From Camelus dromedarius (lineage: Eukaryota), in assembly GCF_036321535.1 (NCBI RefSeq), contig NC_087437.1, forward strand, positions 7,502,001 to 7,566,000: 64,000 bases of DNA. Direction: 5' to 3'. Positions 38,301-50,890 of the stretch are shown here, piece by piece. The notes beneath the pieces are model-generated. The model saw only the letters and a program-made list of their open reading frames with translations, made no database searches and was not told the origin of the DNA. A program made the position numbers and the translations under genes. Positions within the stretch are counted from its first letter, which is position 1; every line of letters begins with the position of its first letter.

Positions 38301-41300
38301 CTCGGTAATCTCTTTGGAGGGGTCATGGGTGATGGTCCACATTCATATCACAGCTTCCGTTTAAAAGCCTCTGAATAATTAAGATCCAAATGCCCTTGCA
38401 TAACTCATGTGAAGGAACTCCCCAAAACACAAAGAACTACATTTTGGAAAAAAAAAAAAACCTAGCTTAGGGCTCCCAAAATTTATACTTAGGATACTTT
38501 CCATGTTGTCTCTTTTTTGCCATCTAGTAAGAAGTCACTGTGGTTCACTTTTATTAAAGGCGTGTATTTTAAAATGGGAAGGAATTTCAAATACATGTGG
38601 CCCACTATTGCTCAAATTGGGGTTTGCACAGAGTCTAGGCAGCATTTATTCCCCAATAATCAGGCTTCATATATATATATATAGTATTGTATATGGATCT
38701 ATATGGATATATACATATTACTTTATTATCATCTGTACTATTATGTATTAAATATTTTATTAATTCATTTACTTTATTATCACCTGTAGCATTAAATATT
38801 TAACATTTTATATAATCTTTTTCCAAACATAAATCATTTCAGGAAAATAAATATTAAACAGTATTTTAAACACGGCAGAAATGGGAAATTTTTTTCTAAT
38901 GTGTATTTTTATAATAGATATAAACTAATTCATTTTGGTACAATCTAAAATCATCCCACCAACAACCTATAGTGTCCTAATCTGAGAAATACTGGAGGCC
39001 TGTAAACTACTAGGTCTTTTAGGGAGATTTCCACAGAAAAATGAGCAACATCTTATCTAGTCAGTAAGTTCCACTTGTAGGTGAGAAATGAAAATTCTGA
39101 GTCCTTATAATATGGCTTATGGGTCTTACACTCAAGATCAGGGCTCAAGTTTTCTTGCGCCAAGTTGACTGTTTTGTTAGTTATGTTTCTGTGTGAAGAG
39201 TGCCCTTTTTTCCTCCATTTACTTTCTGAAACACGCATCCCAATCATTACTAACATAGGCTTTAAGAGAATGGAACCATTATCCACATTAGTGTAATTAT
39301 GCAGAAAGAGGCCAATTGGTAAGTCAAGCTCTGCTTTCAAATTTTGTGAATTTATAATCCACAGAAGCCTCCAAATTTTCAGCTTGCTTAAACTATGTCT
39401 CAGGAAACAATAAAATAAAACATGAACTTTTGTAACTGGAAAAGACAGATTTTCACTGTAATTATTAACCTTGACCATCTAGTTTACAATAGAATTTCTC
39501 ATTTTCCCTGAATGCCGTCAATATGATGGGTTACAGTTTATCCTCTGACTATAACAATATAGTATACATTTTTTAAAAGAAAGTAAACTTTTCAAAAGAT
39601 CTAATCCTTTTAACAAAAAAGAGGCAATAGAGGTAATGTTAGTTACTCCCCCAAATTCTGCCACATGTGCTTACATAAGCATTTAAAAGCAATTAAAACG
39701 GCTAGATGTTCCTGTTTTGTTGCCTTTGGCAATGAAGAATGAGTAAGCTTAAAAAATGCTATTTAGGGAAGTATTTGTTGAAATTTGAAGTTGATATGAG
39801 GGAGCCGCAGCGTAGGCTTGTTGATCCATAAAAATGTTCTTCCTTTCGAAAATTCAAATCAGTCAACACTTGTGCACCCCACTGTTCAGAAACAGCACAC
39901 GGAGTCAAGCCCCTGCCCCTTGATCGGTGGGCACTTGACTTCATTCATTCATTCACTCCCTCACTCTTCAGCGGGGCAGTCACAACCTCCACGGTCCCTG
40001 AGCCGCCTTGTGAATGACTTCTGTTTTGAATCATTTTGTGACTAACCATTTTGTGGCTGTGATACCGGTCTGCATTTTTAACAAGAATAAGCCATTGAAG
40101 TTCTAACCCATTCAAATGTATCTTAGCATTTCCAGTGATTTTTTTTTTATACTTTGTTTCTCTAGATGTAACTTCCCACTTCTTCTCTCCCCCAAAACAT
40201 TGTGATGGTCACATGACAGTATCAGCTAAAAGAAGGGAATGAAAAGTTAACAACCGATTATACTCTGTAAAACACTGATAGTGTTTGTTTTTGGAAAACA
40301 GTCTTTCCATAGCTTTTCTTTTACAATGTGGAAGTGTCGACTTTTTTTTTTTTTTTGGTTAAAAATATGAAAGCTACAGTGTATAGATTTTAAATTCTAA
40401 TAACTTCATTATTCCAGACACTTCATTTTTTAAAGTTTTTCATTTTTTCCTTTTAATTAAAATTTAAACATGATTGTTTTTCTTTAATGTAATGAGAGTT
40501 TTTTAGATGTGTGTCTCTCAGAATAATTAAGACAGCATATAGGATCAGGTCATTGTGTAGCAAAATGATCAATTCATGTGCATGTAAAATTTATTGAGCT
40601 TCTAAGTCTTGTTCTTATTAAAATTCATATGCATAACAGGTTTTATGGAACTTTCCATCTATTTTCTTTCATATCAGCAACTTAAAATGAAATTATTCCT
40701 TAAAGTAGCCTGGAATGTTGTGTTTTTTCCTAATAATTATAAGAATTTAAAATACCCTCAAAGCGCTGCACCATCTCAACTCCTGTGATACCTAGTGTGG
40801 CATATCTGGGTCTTCAGATTTCCTGAGGCAGAAACTGCACATCCTCCACCTCTACAAACAGTCTCAGTAACTATTTGTCATCCTTAATATGTATTCCACA
40901 TTTATTAGGCACCAGCTCTGCACTGCGCTCAGTACTTTGCTAAAACAGTAGGCAACTCAAAGTATAAGACTGACAGAAAGTCAAGGTTGGACTACAAGTT
41001 ATACAATAATTAAAGACAGTTTTGTGAACTGACATGGTGGCTGTGTTGCGACTCACTGGTTTTGGTACAGTCTCTACGTCGATTTTTCTTCTTGAGTTCT
41101 GCTAACTTCAAGACAGCCTCAGTGCCTATTCCCAGGAGGATAACTTGATGTAGCAGCCACAACTTTGGAATGTTTTAAAACTCCCTTTATCAAAAAAGAA
41201 ATCTATAGTTGCACTTTGAGATGAAAATAGTTTCTGGAAGAAGTGCCTTGTTTATCCTGTGGCTTTAGAAATAACTTTTACCACACACCATGAGTCATCA

Positions 41301-44300
41301 GATGTACATAGGCTCCAAGAAGCTTTAAAGGTGATCTACAAAAAGATGAATGCCATGAATATTTTATCAGAAGACTTCCAACTCCAAAGGGAAGGAGGAG
41401 GTTCATCTCCACAGCCACCCGTTAGGGATGGAGCATAAAGGAAACTACCTTAAGAGTCTGAGAAAATATTGATCCAGGAAAAAGCAGAGGTACCAAGGAA
41501 GAGTCACAAAGGCCCTCTGCTGAGATCATTTAGATTTAAGTGTCCTCTCTTGAATGGGCTGTCTGACCTTGGAAACGTTGGAGCCTTTCTTAGTGTACCG
41601 CTCTCCTCGGCTAGAGTGATTGCTCAATCTCTAACATCTTCTCCAGTTTTTCTATCCTAGGATACAGAAATGTACTGAATTTCTTGTCACCTTTCTGTGC
41701 TCCATTTTGAATTAACAAACGCCATGTCCCTAAGTGCCAAGCTCGCCACCAGAAATAGCTTCAGGTATGTGATTTTAAAATATGTTTTGACTGCTTGCAG
41801 TCTTGAGGCTGCTATAAAGGGAAGGAACTAGCATTTACTGACCTACCGCCATGTGCCAGTCAGTGCACATTCCACAAGAAGAAAGACAGAAATTACTCAA
41901 CATTGTTCCGTACAGTCTATTTAGGAGCCAAATGTGTAGAGTAGAATCACAGGACAAACATTTTCAAACTGGGCAGCAGCAAAAGAAAAAAACTGAACCT
42001 TGAAAGTTAAAGTGATGGCCAACATGAGAAAGAATTAATGTTGGAAATCTTCTGGTGAAGGTGAATTTTTCAGCTGATTCTGGAAGAAGATGAGAGCTAG
42101 GTTACAGAAAGAAAGAAGGGAAAATAGATGTTGGGAAAGTAATAAAAATGCACCTGCGGAGCATCTGCAGTTCAAGGGTTTCTAATGAAGTTGGAGAATG
42201 AGGTTGGCAACATGGCAGCCATAGTTCAGTTCCTTAAATCAATCCACATTGAGTAAATAACCATCTCTATTCAGAGGACATGAGTCTCTGTTGAAAACCT
42301 ACAGAAATCAAAAATTCAAGCTAGGGACCATGCAAGATACAAAGCATTTAAAATACAACGCAGACCCCTAAGACATCTCTGATTTAGTGGAAGACCCAAA
42401 GTATGCAGACTTTAAAAGGTAATAAAACTAAACGTTAAAGAAAAGAAATCAAGACATCAAAAGAAGACCTGTCTCAATATTTTATGAGACATTTTACCAA
42501 ATAAAGAATTTGAATAGTGCTACTACAATTCAGAAAAGAGAGATACTGAGCCAGCACCATGAGATTAAAAAAGAAATGAACAGCATGGTGTCTGACCACC
42601 AGGAACTTATAATTTTTAAACGTCTGCTTCATCGGCACTTAGAACTGCTCAACCCCTCCCTCCTCTTTTATTTCTGTTTTCTGTTAGCTGAGTGATGACG
42701 GCATTGCCATTTACATCAGCACCAAGCATCTATTCTCATCCTCTGCTAAAACATTGGGTTTAAAAACATACAAAGGAGCAGCAGGAGACTTGAAAAAGAC
42801 CGACTTTATATATATATATATATATATTTTTTTTTCTTGTGTGAAAGTCTAAAAATGGAAATCAGGATAGAATCTAGGGAAGAGAAGGGGGATGGAAGAG
42901 TCACTCTTTTTTATCTTCAGTGCACTAGGCTAGACTCTGAATTGTCTTTATCTGTATGTGAGCGAAAGGATACAGTTTTACTTTCAGGTTCACAGGGGCA
43001 GCAAGGATTGTTGCTGGGGTTCAACTTCCAAGTGTAGAGAGATGCCTCCTAATGTTATTTTGACATTGTCTGCCTGAACACGGAGAGCTGAAGCTACTCT
43101 TGCTTCTTTCTCTCTCTCTTTGTGAGTCCCAGAGATAGTAAATGATTCGTTCAAAGTCACACATTTGATGGAAATAAGCTTGGAGTGAAACTTGGGTTTT
43201 TGATGCTCAATATTTTGCTATTTCAGTAAAACCAAGCGACAGTTTTTCTTGTAGTTTAATTCCAACGAAGAGTTTGATCTCACCCAAATGCTTGATGCTT
43301 ATGGTCACCAGGCCATGGTTTGGCCTCTACTTAAGTCAGAGCTTAATTTAATGCTCAGACGAGAACACCACATTCCTTGTCTAATAAACTGCCCCTTCCT
43401 TTATATAATTTCTGATTGCTCCTGTTTTTTTTTTTTTTCAGTGTACTTTGGACTTTATTACAAATTAATATTTATTTTGGAAAATCTGGAAAACATGTCA
43501 GACTAGAAAGAAATAAAAACTGTTCTTATCTCACCATTCATACTAGTTTATATGAACAACCTCCTATGTGTTCTAACTGTCAACTGTCTTGAAATAGTTT
43601 AAGAAGTAGGAAGATAATACTTTACGAATAAGTTTATTTTATTAAACAGGAATTATATCACTTCATATTTCACAGATATCCACCTATCTGTGAATATGCA
43701 TAGTCCCTTCAGTTTAACAGGCATCCAAGCAATGGAACGCTCTTATTTTTTTTAAAATACGTATGTCATAGGGAAACGGAGGCCCTAAGGCAGGACAGGG
43801 TCATGGGAGCTTGCCCTGAATTTGTAGTGACTGGTTATAGATTTATGAAATATACCACAGCTTGAAATGTCTGTGACTTAAGGAACAGACATGTTTATAA
43901 AAAAGCCTGTTCAATAATTTGAACAGAGAAGTTTGGATCCTCGACCAATCCTACCCTTCATTTTTATATACTGTAAATGATCACTCCAGCAATACTGGAG
44001 AAAGCACTCAGGATATTCTTTTAGGTTCAAATTTGTGTGATTTATAAATCAACAAATCAAAAGTGATCACCCACATCCATGCACACACACCTACACTCAG
44101 GACACCAGTTGGCTGGGGAAAGGGCACGAGATCGGAGAGCGAAGGCAATTGTAATGAAAGAGCCATGAGGTCAGTGTTGACACTCAGTGCAGAGGGGGAC
44201 CTGCTATAGAATAATTTCACTCATCCACTCATTTATAAATTTATTAAACATTTAAAAATATGTCATGTGTGCCATTAAATAAACGATGGGGTAAGACAAT

Positions 44301-46365
44301 CTGAAGATAACAAACCTTACAAAGCTCCATGTGTGGTGTAAGAGGGAGCTCAATAAATATCAAGCCATGTACTGGTGAAGTGATTGAGGTAATAATTATG
44401 ATAACTAACCTTTATCCTTTCAACAAACGTATCTGTGTGTGCAGTGTCCCAGAGACCATGTCATTCATGGGGAATGCAATGGGGAACAAGCAGTAGAGAG
44501 GGTGCCATGATCACTTTGTTATGTCATCTTATTTATCCCTCACAGTTGCCCTATGAAATGTATGTTATTATCATTCCTGTGAGACTCAGAAAAGATAAGT
44601 AAGTTACTCAGAACCACACAGGTAAAACTAAGTCAGATCATCTTCAACCACTGATACACATCTGTTAGGAGAGCAACATGGCTCCCGTTTGACGGGGCGT
44701 CCAAGTTAAACTGGGGTAGAAAGTGGGTATGTGGGTAGTGGTCATGCTCCAGGAGTTTGGGATGCGCTTCCCAGGAGGTGAGGATGCTATGCTCAAAGAC
44801 ATGGTCTCTAGAAGGGCACACTCTATTCTGGAAACTTCCTTGAGCATAAAATTTGAAGACGAGAAGTGTGTTTTGAGAGATGAGCTGAGCTCAGACATAG
44901 ACCTTTGACTTTGCCCCATTGGCAGTGCAAGGAGGGACAAGCTCACATTTCCCTTCTAATGAGATCATGCCAGCTGCAGGGTGGAGAATGGCTTCAGGAA
45001 GAAAAAACTTGAGGTCGGGAAAGCACTGCAGGGGTTCACACAAGGCATGGTTAAGGCTCAAACTAGGACACCAATTGGTTGGAGGAATTAGGGACTCAGA
45101 ATATTGTTAGGAGATAAAATAAGGACTTAAGGATCTGATGAACATTGGGAGTAAGATCTAAGAAGGATGACTCCCTGGATTCTCATATACATTACTTGAT
45201 GGTAAGTATGAAACTTCAAGTGGAAGAATATTCAAGGGGTGATGTACAGCCCACAGTTGGATACTGTCTGTCAGAAGCTCAGAGGAGAGGCCTGGGCTTC
45301 AGACAAAATGATGGAAATTGTTCTCACAGAGGAGATATTTAAGATATGACAATAATAGAGACGTAGAAGTGCAGTGGCCCAGTTTATGGAATCTCGGAGA
45401 ACACTAGAATATGAAGAATGGCTGAAGGAAAAGGATATTTTGAAGTAAACTGAATATTTAATAGGTAAGGGTCTCTTTGTCCAAGATAAGAAACTTTGCT
45501 ATCTTAGAAACTTACAGAGAGTTTTAAGAAGAGATTAATTAACAGAGTCAAATGCAGAAAAAAAAATCAGGGATACATGAATTGAAAATGTCCATGTTTC
45601 AGAATCCAGTTTGGACAACAGAAAGGACAATTCGAAAGCACTGATTTTCCTTCTGAGCTTCTAAAGCCATTTATACTTAGAAGGAAATGCTCAGAAGCCA
45701 TAGGTGGTGACAGGCTACTAATACATGGTTGTGTCCTGAGTTAATAAGACCATATATTGTAGCAGTCAACAATATTTATTGTGCATAAAGAACTTTGAAT
45801 TCAGTGTGTTAGAATACCCAAAAAGAGAGAGAAATTGCTGATTATATAATCTTTTATATCATATGCTGCATTACAGGTTTCAAAGATTTTTCACAAGTAT
45901 TTTCTTCTACTCAGTGAAGTAGCCAGAGAAAGTATCACCCCTGTTTTACAGGGGAGGAAATGGAATCTCACGAAGGTTCAGTGACTTGCCCAAGGTCACA
46001 TCAACGTTACACAGCAGGTAAGTGGTAGAGACAAATCTAGACATTTCCGAGTAGCTGCTCTTTTACACCAGGCTATAAATTAAAATAGTTATTTTTCCTG
46101 AGGGCTAAAGTTCTTGTTGACAGAAAACGTTTAAAAATATCTTCAAAGCCTACAGCCAAAGGCATGAACACATAGGAAGCATTTGTTTGCACCTTGGTAT
46201 TGGATCAATGTTGTAGTTAGACAATGGACAGGAAGAAAACCTAAAACCATGAAACAGATTTGGGGGTTTCTAAAGCCCTTCTCACTCTCATCCAGACTGA
46301 AAAGACAGCATAAGGTATAGGGGAGACATTGGCTCAAAACCTCAGGCGCTCCCGGAGTGAAGTCT

Positions 46366-46747
46366 GCAACTGGCCCTTATATTCGGAGGGCAAGGAGAGA
46401 CCAGACCCCTCCAGATGGGTGGGTGGCAGGTGTAATAAACAAGAGAGCTTATATAGGGGGCTTACCTTGAGTGACTGCAGGATGCGTAGAACTTCACATT
46501 CACCTGCCAGAACCCTAAATGTTTACACAAATGAGTACACTTAACGGGGTTCAGTCCCAATGGTCTCAACACAGAGAGCTCTAGCAAGCAATTCTGAGTC
46601 CTTGAAAACTGTCTCCAGCTGTGTCCATGCGCGCGTGCGTGCGTGCGTGTGTGTTGGGGGAGGGAAGTAGGGATGAGGAGCCTCTGATCACCCAGGTCTG
46701 CTTGCAGGTCAGCTCGGGTCAAGCCCTCTCCATGACCTCCCCCAACA
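46366..46747. mobile_element. ERV solo LTR (ERVL-like; family not determined)
   Basis: TG...CA-bounded segment with LTR-like composition (tgcaactgg...cctcccccaaca). Confidence 0.45.
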
Positions 46748-47118
46748 GGGAAGAATCAACAGTAAAGCAAATAATGACAATTTCCATTTATACGTGGCTT
46801 TAGTTCTCAAGTGATTTTCATGTATATTTCTCACTTGTGTCTTAACAGTTTCCCTGTAAAGATTTACTGACTTGAGACAAGATCCTGTACCCATAAATTC
46901 TAAACTCTTATGGAAATACGTAGAAGAGGTGAAAACAGATTTTTTAAAATCAGATTTGGGAATGCTATTATAAGGCAACCTCCTTTGAAACTTCAAATGT
47001 TAAGAAATTGATGGAGATTTTAACACATGGACTTATGCTCTCTCTCACTGAATACAGGCTCTGAACCGGTGGTGTTCTGTCAGTTTCTAGACCAGGCCTT
47101 AAGAAACTGGTAGCTCCT

Positions 47119-47414
47119 GTGAGCCTGTTCCTAGTTGATAAATAAGTCCATTTGTGTCTTTTTTTAGATTCCAAGCAGATACTAATTACTATATATAAAA
47201 TAGATAAGCGACAAGTTTCTACTGCATAGCCAGGGAACTACATTCAATATCTTGTAGTAATCTATAAGGAAAAAGAATATGAGAAGGAAATATATATACA
47301 CACACACACGTATATATGTATATATGAATCACTATGCTGTACATGAGAAATTAACACAACATTATAAACTGACTATACTTCAATTTAAAAATTTTTAAAA
47401 ATTAAAGGAAAAAA
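47119..47414 (+). mobile_element. 5'-inverted LINE-1 3' end inserted in an MLT1-like LTR (~47030-47665)
   Basis: Antisense L1 piece ~47119-47173 followed by a sense L1 3'UTR and A-tail. TSD aagaaactggtagctcct at 47101-47118 and 47415-47432. Confidence 0.9.
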
Positions 47415-48769
47415 AAGAAACTGGTAGCTCCTAATTCCCATCTCTTGGGATACACATTCTTGAAACCCAGCCACCATGCTGTAAGGAAGCCCCAGTAGTC
47501 GATGGAGAGATTCGCATGAAGAACTGAAGCCCCAAAGCCCCAAAGCTGGACAAGCTCGCAGCCAACAGCCAGCACCAAATTGCCACCCATGCCAGTGAGC
47601 CGTATTGGCAGATCTATGAGCAAAATAAAATATTATTGTTGTGGGGTTTAGGGTGGTTTGTTACATGGTAAATCGGTGAAATTTGCCTAGGTTGATTTTT
47701 ACCTAGAAAGTCCTTCTGTAGTGCTGAATGTAGAGGACCTTAGTGTGAGTTTAACATTTTTGTGCCTTCTCTTACATTTCAGAATCAAAGAAATGATCTC
47801 CTTTTCTCTGAATATGAGTCTCATCAAATGGGCCTTGGGTTTAGTGTATTGTGTGGTGATCCCGTGTCCTCGTGGTGTTGTCTTATTGAGGTCTTAGGGA
47901 AAGGTCACATTGCTACAGGATGGAAGGGTATTCAGGGAAATGGGTTGGAGTTCTTTTTGACAATCAGTGGGGACAGTGGGAACTTTTCCCTTAAGGAAAT
48001 GAAATGAGAGTTGGGTTAGGTAATACAGAAATTCCCAATTCTCAGTGAGCCTCTTTCTTGAGCGTCTTTGATTTCAAAGTGCCAAATGATGCTGAAGTAT
48101 GCTTAAATCTCATCAAGGTCAGGCTCAGTGTCGCAGTATAGCCCCACCACATCACAAACACTTAGGAAGAACATTAGGGCCTTGACTAAATCATGAGCTT
48201 GGCAAGGGCAGGGGACTCAAAGACCAGAGTGCTGATGGCTGGAATCTTCATTAAGAAAAATTTCTTGTAGGTAGGGAAAGCATGTATGAAGTGGTGTGAT
48301 TCACCAACTACAGATCAATAGGATCCGGGGCTGGAATGCACATTCAGGGCAGAGCTTCTGTCATCTCTGACATAGAGTAGGTGCTGGAGGTGAGACTAAG
48401 CGAGTGATACCCTGGGTTCCTTTTGGCATTAAACCAAAGCTTTTGGAGGATTGCCATTCTCAAGCCCCTCTTGTTGCTTTTGTCTTGCAAGTGATTTCAA
48501 GCATTTGGCCATATAGATCAAGCCCAAAAGGAATCAGTTTATACACACACACACAATGCAAATTTTATGAACCCGAATCATGGTTTACACTTTATATATT
48601 TCACGATGAACTTTAAGCAACTTAAAAGGAGGCTTTTTTTGTTTTTGCTTTTGTTTGTTTGTTTTGTTTTGCCTTTTACACTGACTGCAGCAGTCTGGGT
48701 TTTCTAGGACCTGATGCATCGCCCAAATGGCAGGGACACCCTGGTCTTTCTCTTCCCTACGCTCTGCCG

Positions 48770-49660
48770 GAGAGAAGACCTACGGAGCCACCCGCAGTTG
48801 GCTCGGCGCGCCGCTTGGGGGACACCACCCAAGTGAGCTCGGTTTTCGCCAAGCGCAGCCAGCTGGCGATAGAAGGACTGGGGAGTGGACAGAGGCGGCC
48901 CTGGGGCCAGGCGCTGAGCGCAGCGAGGCAGGGGACCCCAAGCCAAAGGCCTGGCCCTGGTACTGCCGCCCCGCGCCGCCCACTCAGGAATCCCCTCCCC
49001 TGCTGGGCGCGCCCCCGCCCCGCTAGCCGCGCGCGGAGGCCGGATCTTCTTGAATTTCAACACAAAGGGAATCCTCGGCCGCAGGAAGTGCATCACTAGG
49101 ACGGGGGACCGGGGGCGGGGAGAGGGGGATGCGCCCCTCCCCCTCAAACCCCCGCCCTCTGGGAGCCTTGGGCAGCCGTGACGAAACCCTCAGGGTCCCC
49201 TCAACGCCCCACCAGCCGGGAGAATCCAAACAAGGAACCCCCTGCTCCACCCCCTACCCGCATAGTGGGGAGCGGGCGCTCCCGCCTCCCGCCGCGCCCA
49301 AGCTCCAGGTGGCGCGGACCCCGTGCCCCTTGCCGTGGCTCACTCACCTGTTCGCTTCCCGCCTCCTCTCCTTCCGGGTGCTCCGGCACCTGGGCTGACG
49401 TTTGTCTTTCTACCCTTGGGCTCTCAACTTTCCTTCCACATCTTCCTCCCTTCCTGGTTTTCTGTACACTCCGGCTCCGGGGGTCCTCCGCTCCCAGCAG
49501 CACTGCGCCCCGGGCTTGGCGAGGCTTTCCCGGTCAGGATGTAGGTCCCCAGGGAGTCCCCTCGCGAGCCAGAGGGACGGGACCGGGACAGACCACTTTC
49601 GTTTTCCCAGACTGTGGCTGTTCCGGGGACTCGGCCGGCCTTTCTACCTGGAGATGCCGG
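48770..49660. promoter_or_regulatory. Distal CpG island block
   Basis: Dense CpG, an ETS-type CAGGAAGTG (49082-49090) and a GC box GGGGCGGGG (49112-49120). It is separated from the proximal island by an AT-rich spacer. Confidence 0.8.
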
Positions 49661-49969
49661 TCTGGGAGGGAGGAGAGGGGCAGATGAGGTTAAATTATGC
49701 TGCACCGATTTTCACGAGGCAACCTGACCCGTGTTACTTACATTGTGTATTGCAAATCAATAGCAACCGCAAACTTTTCTGGAAAAATTTATTTCACATT
49801 TCACCCAAAAATGGGAAACCATCCATTGTCCCTATAAAAAGCTACTATTATTTTCTTTAGACTGGATGGGGGAGACAAATGGTTATTTAGGGAGAGGAGC
49901 TGAAACACCACATTCGGAGCCCAGGAAAGGGAGGTGGGCAAACCTTGGGGCTTGGCATCAGTAACAAGG

Positions 49970-50890
49970 TTGAAAGACCCGGGTGACTGGGGAGGGGGTC
50001 GCGGAACTAACTCCAGACTGCCCTGCTCGGGTGGCGGGCCCTCGCCGAGGCAGGTGCACCGGAAAGGGGCCACCTCCCCCGGGGGCGCCTGGCTCCCTTG
50101 GACAGCACTGGGGGACGTTCACCCCTCCCAAGTTCTAGAGCGGCCGGGTACCTGCCCGACCTGTCTCCTCCCCTTCTCCAATACCACACCCACGGGACTC
50201 TGGTCTCCCCGGGAGAGGGACAGAGCGGGAACAAAGGGGTCTTTGTTCCCCGGCTCCTGGGGGGGCGGGGGGGAGTCGCGCTCGCTCGTGTTTCCAGGCG
50301 CCCCGGGAGACCACGAGGCTCCGCGCCTCCGAGCCCCACCCAGCCTCGTGGGCCGCCCTCCGTGACCCCCAGCGCCTGAGGTCAGGGCGCGGCGCCCCGG
50401 GCCCCCGCGGGCTCTTTCCGAGCGGGCGGGGTGGGGGGCGAGGCGGCGCCTGGCGCGCTGTGCCGCCCGCGAAGGGCCGGTGGGGGTTCTCGGAGCTGGC
50501 GGAGGTGGCGGGCGCGGGAGAGGGAGCCTGCGCCGGGCTGGGTCTGGAGGTGCGGGGCGGGCTCCGAGAGCGCTCTCGGGGCTGCTCCTGCCGGAGCCGC
50601 GGCGGCTGGAACCCGCTCCCTCGCTCCTTCCATCCTCCCCCTTCCCTCCAGCGGCCCCTTCGGCGCGCCGGGACCCCTCCCCTGCCGTCATAACGCTCCC
50701 CTTCTCCCTTCTCGGCACTTTTCCTCTCGAACCATCCTCCCGGACAAACTTTGATGGAGAATTTCACACCACGCTGGAAAAATGCCGGTTATGAAAGGAT
50801 TACTGGCGCCCCAGAACACCTTCCTCGACACCATCGCCACCCGTTTTGACGGAACACGTAAGTCTTGCACTTAGATGAGTGGCGTGGGTT
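49970..50890. promoter_or_regulatory. Proximal CpG island: promoter and 5'UTR of the channel gene
   Basis: Very GC- and CpG-rich, with several GGGCGG boxes, directly upstream of and overlapping the first coding exon. Confidence 0.9.
50782..50857 (+). CDS. KCNH8: First coding exon (76 nt, phase-1 intron follows) of an Elk-type voltage-gated K+ channel (Kv12), encoding the PAS-cap N-terminus; most likely KCNH8/Kv12.1
   Basis: ATG at 50782 translates [25 protein letters not shown] plus 1 nt, followed by the consensus donor CAC|GTAAGT. KCNH8 and KCNH4 share this N-terminus. KCNH8 is preferred because the upstream region is gene-poor and AT-rich and no exon 2 (HSNF...) is visible in the next 13 kb. 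The ORF track misses it because it is short. Confidence 0.92.

Noticed and set aside
39053..39478. 141-aa minus-strand ORF
   Set aside because: No recognisable domain or splice context; it looks like a chance ORF.
50066..50110. Possible CTCF (CCCCCGGGGGCGC) and REST right half-site (GGACAGCAC) in the promoter
   Set aside because: Partial matches of this kind are expected by chance in GC-rich sequence.
48659..50794. Many long overlapping ORFs (up to 210 aa) on both strands
   Set aside because: They are Pro/Arg/Gly/Ala-rich translations of a stop-poor CpG island with no recognisable protein.
50782..50857. Alternative assignment to KCNH4 or KCNH3
   Set aside because: KCNH3 starts MPAMRG. KCNH4 has the same peptide but is a compact gene in a GC-rich, gene-dense region, unlike this context. 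KCNH4 is not formally excluded without BLAST.
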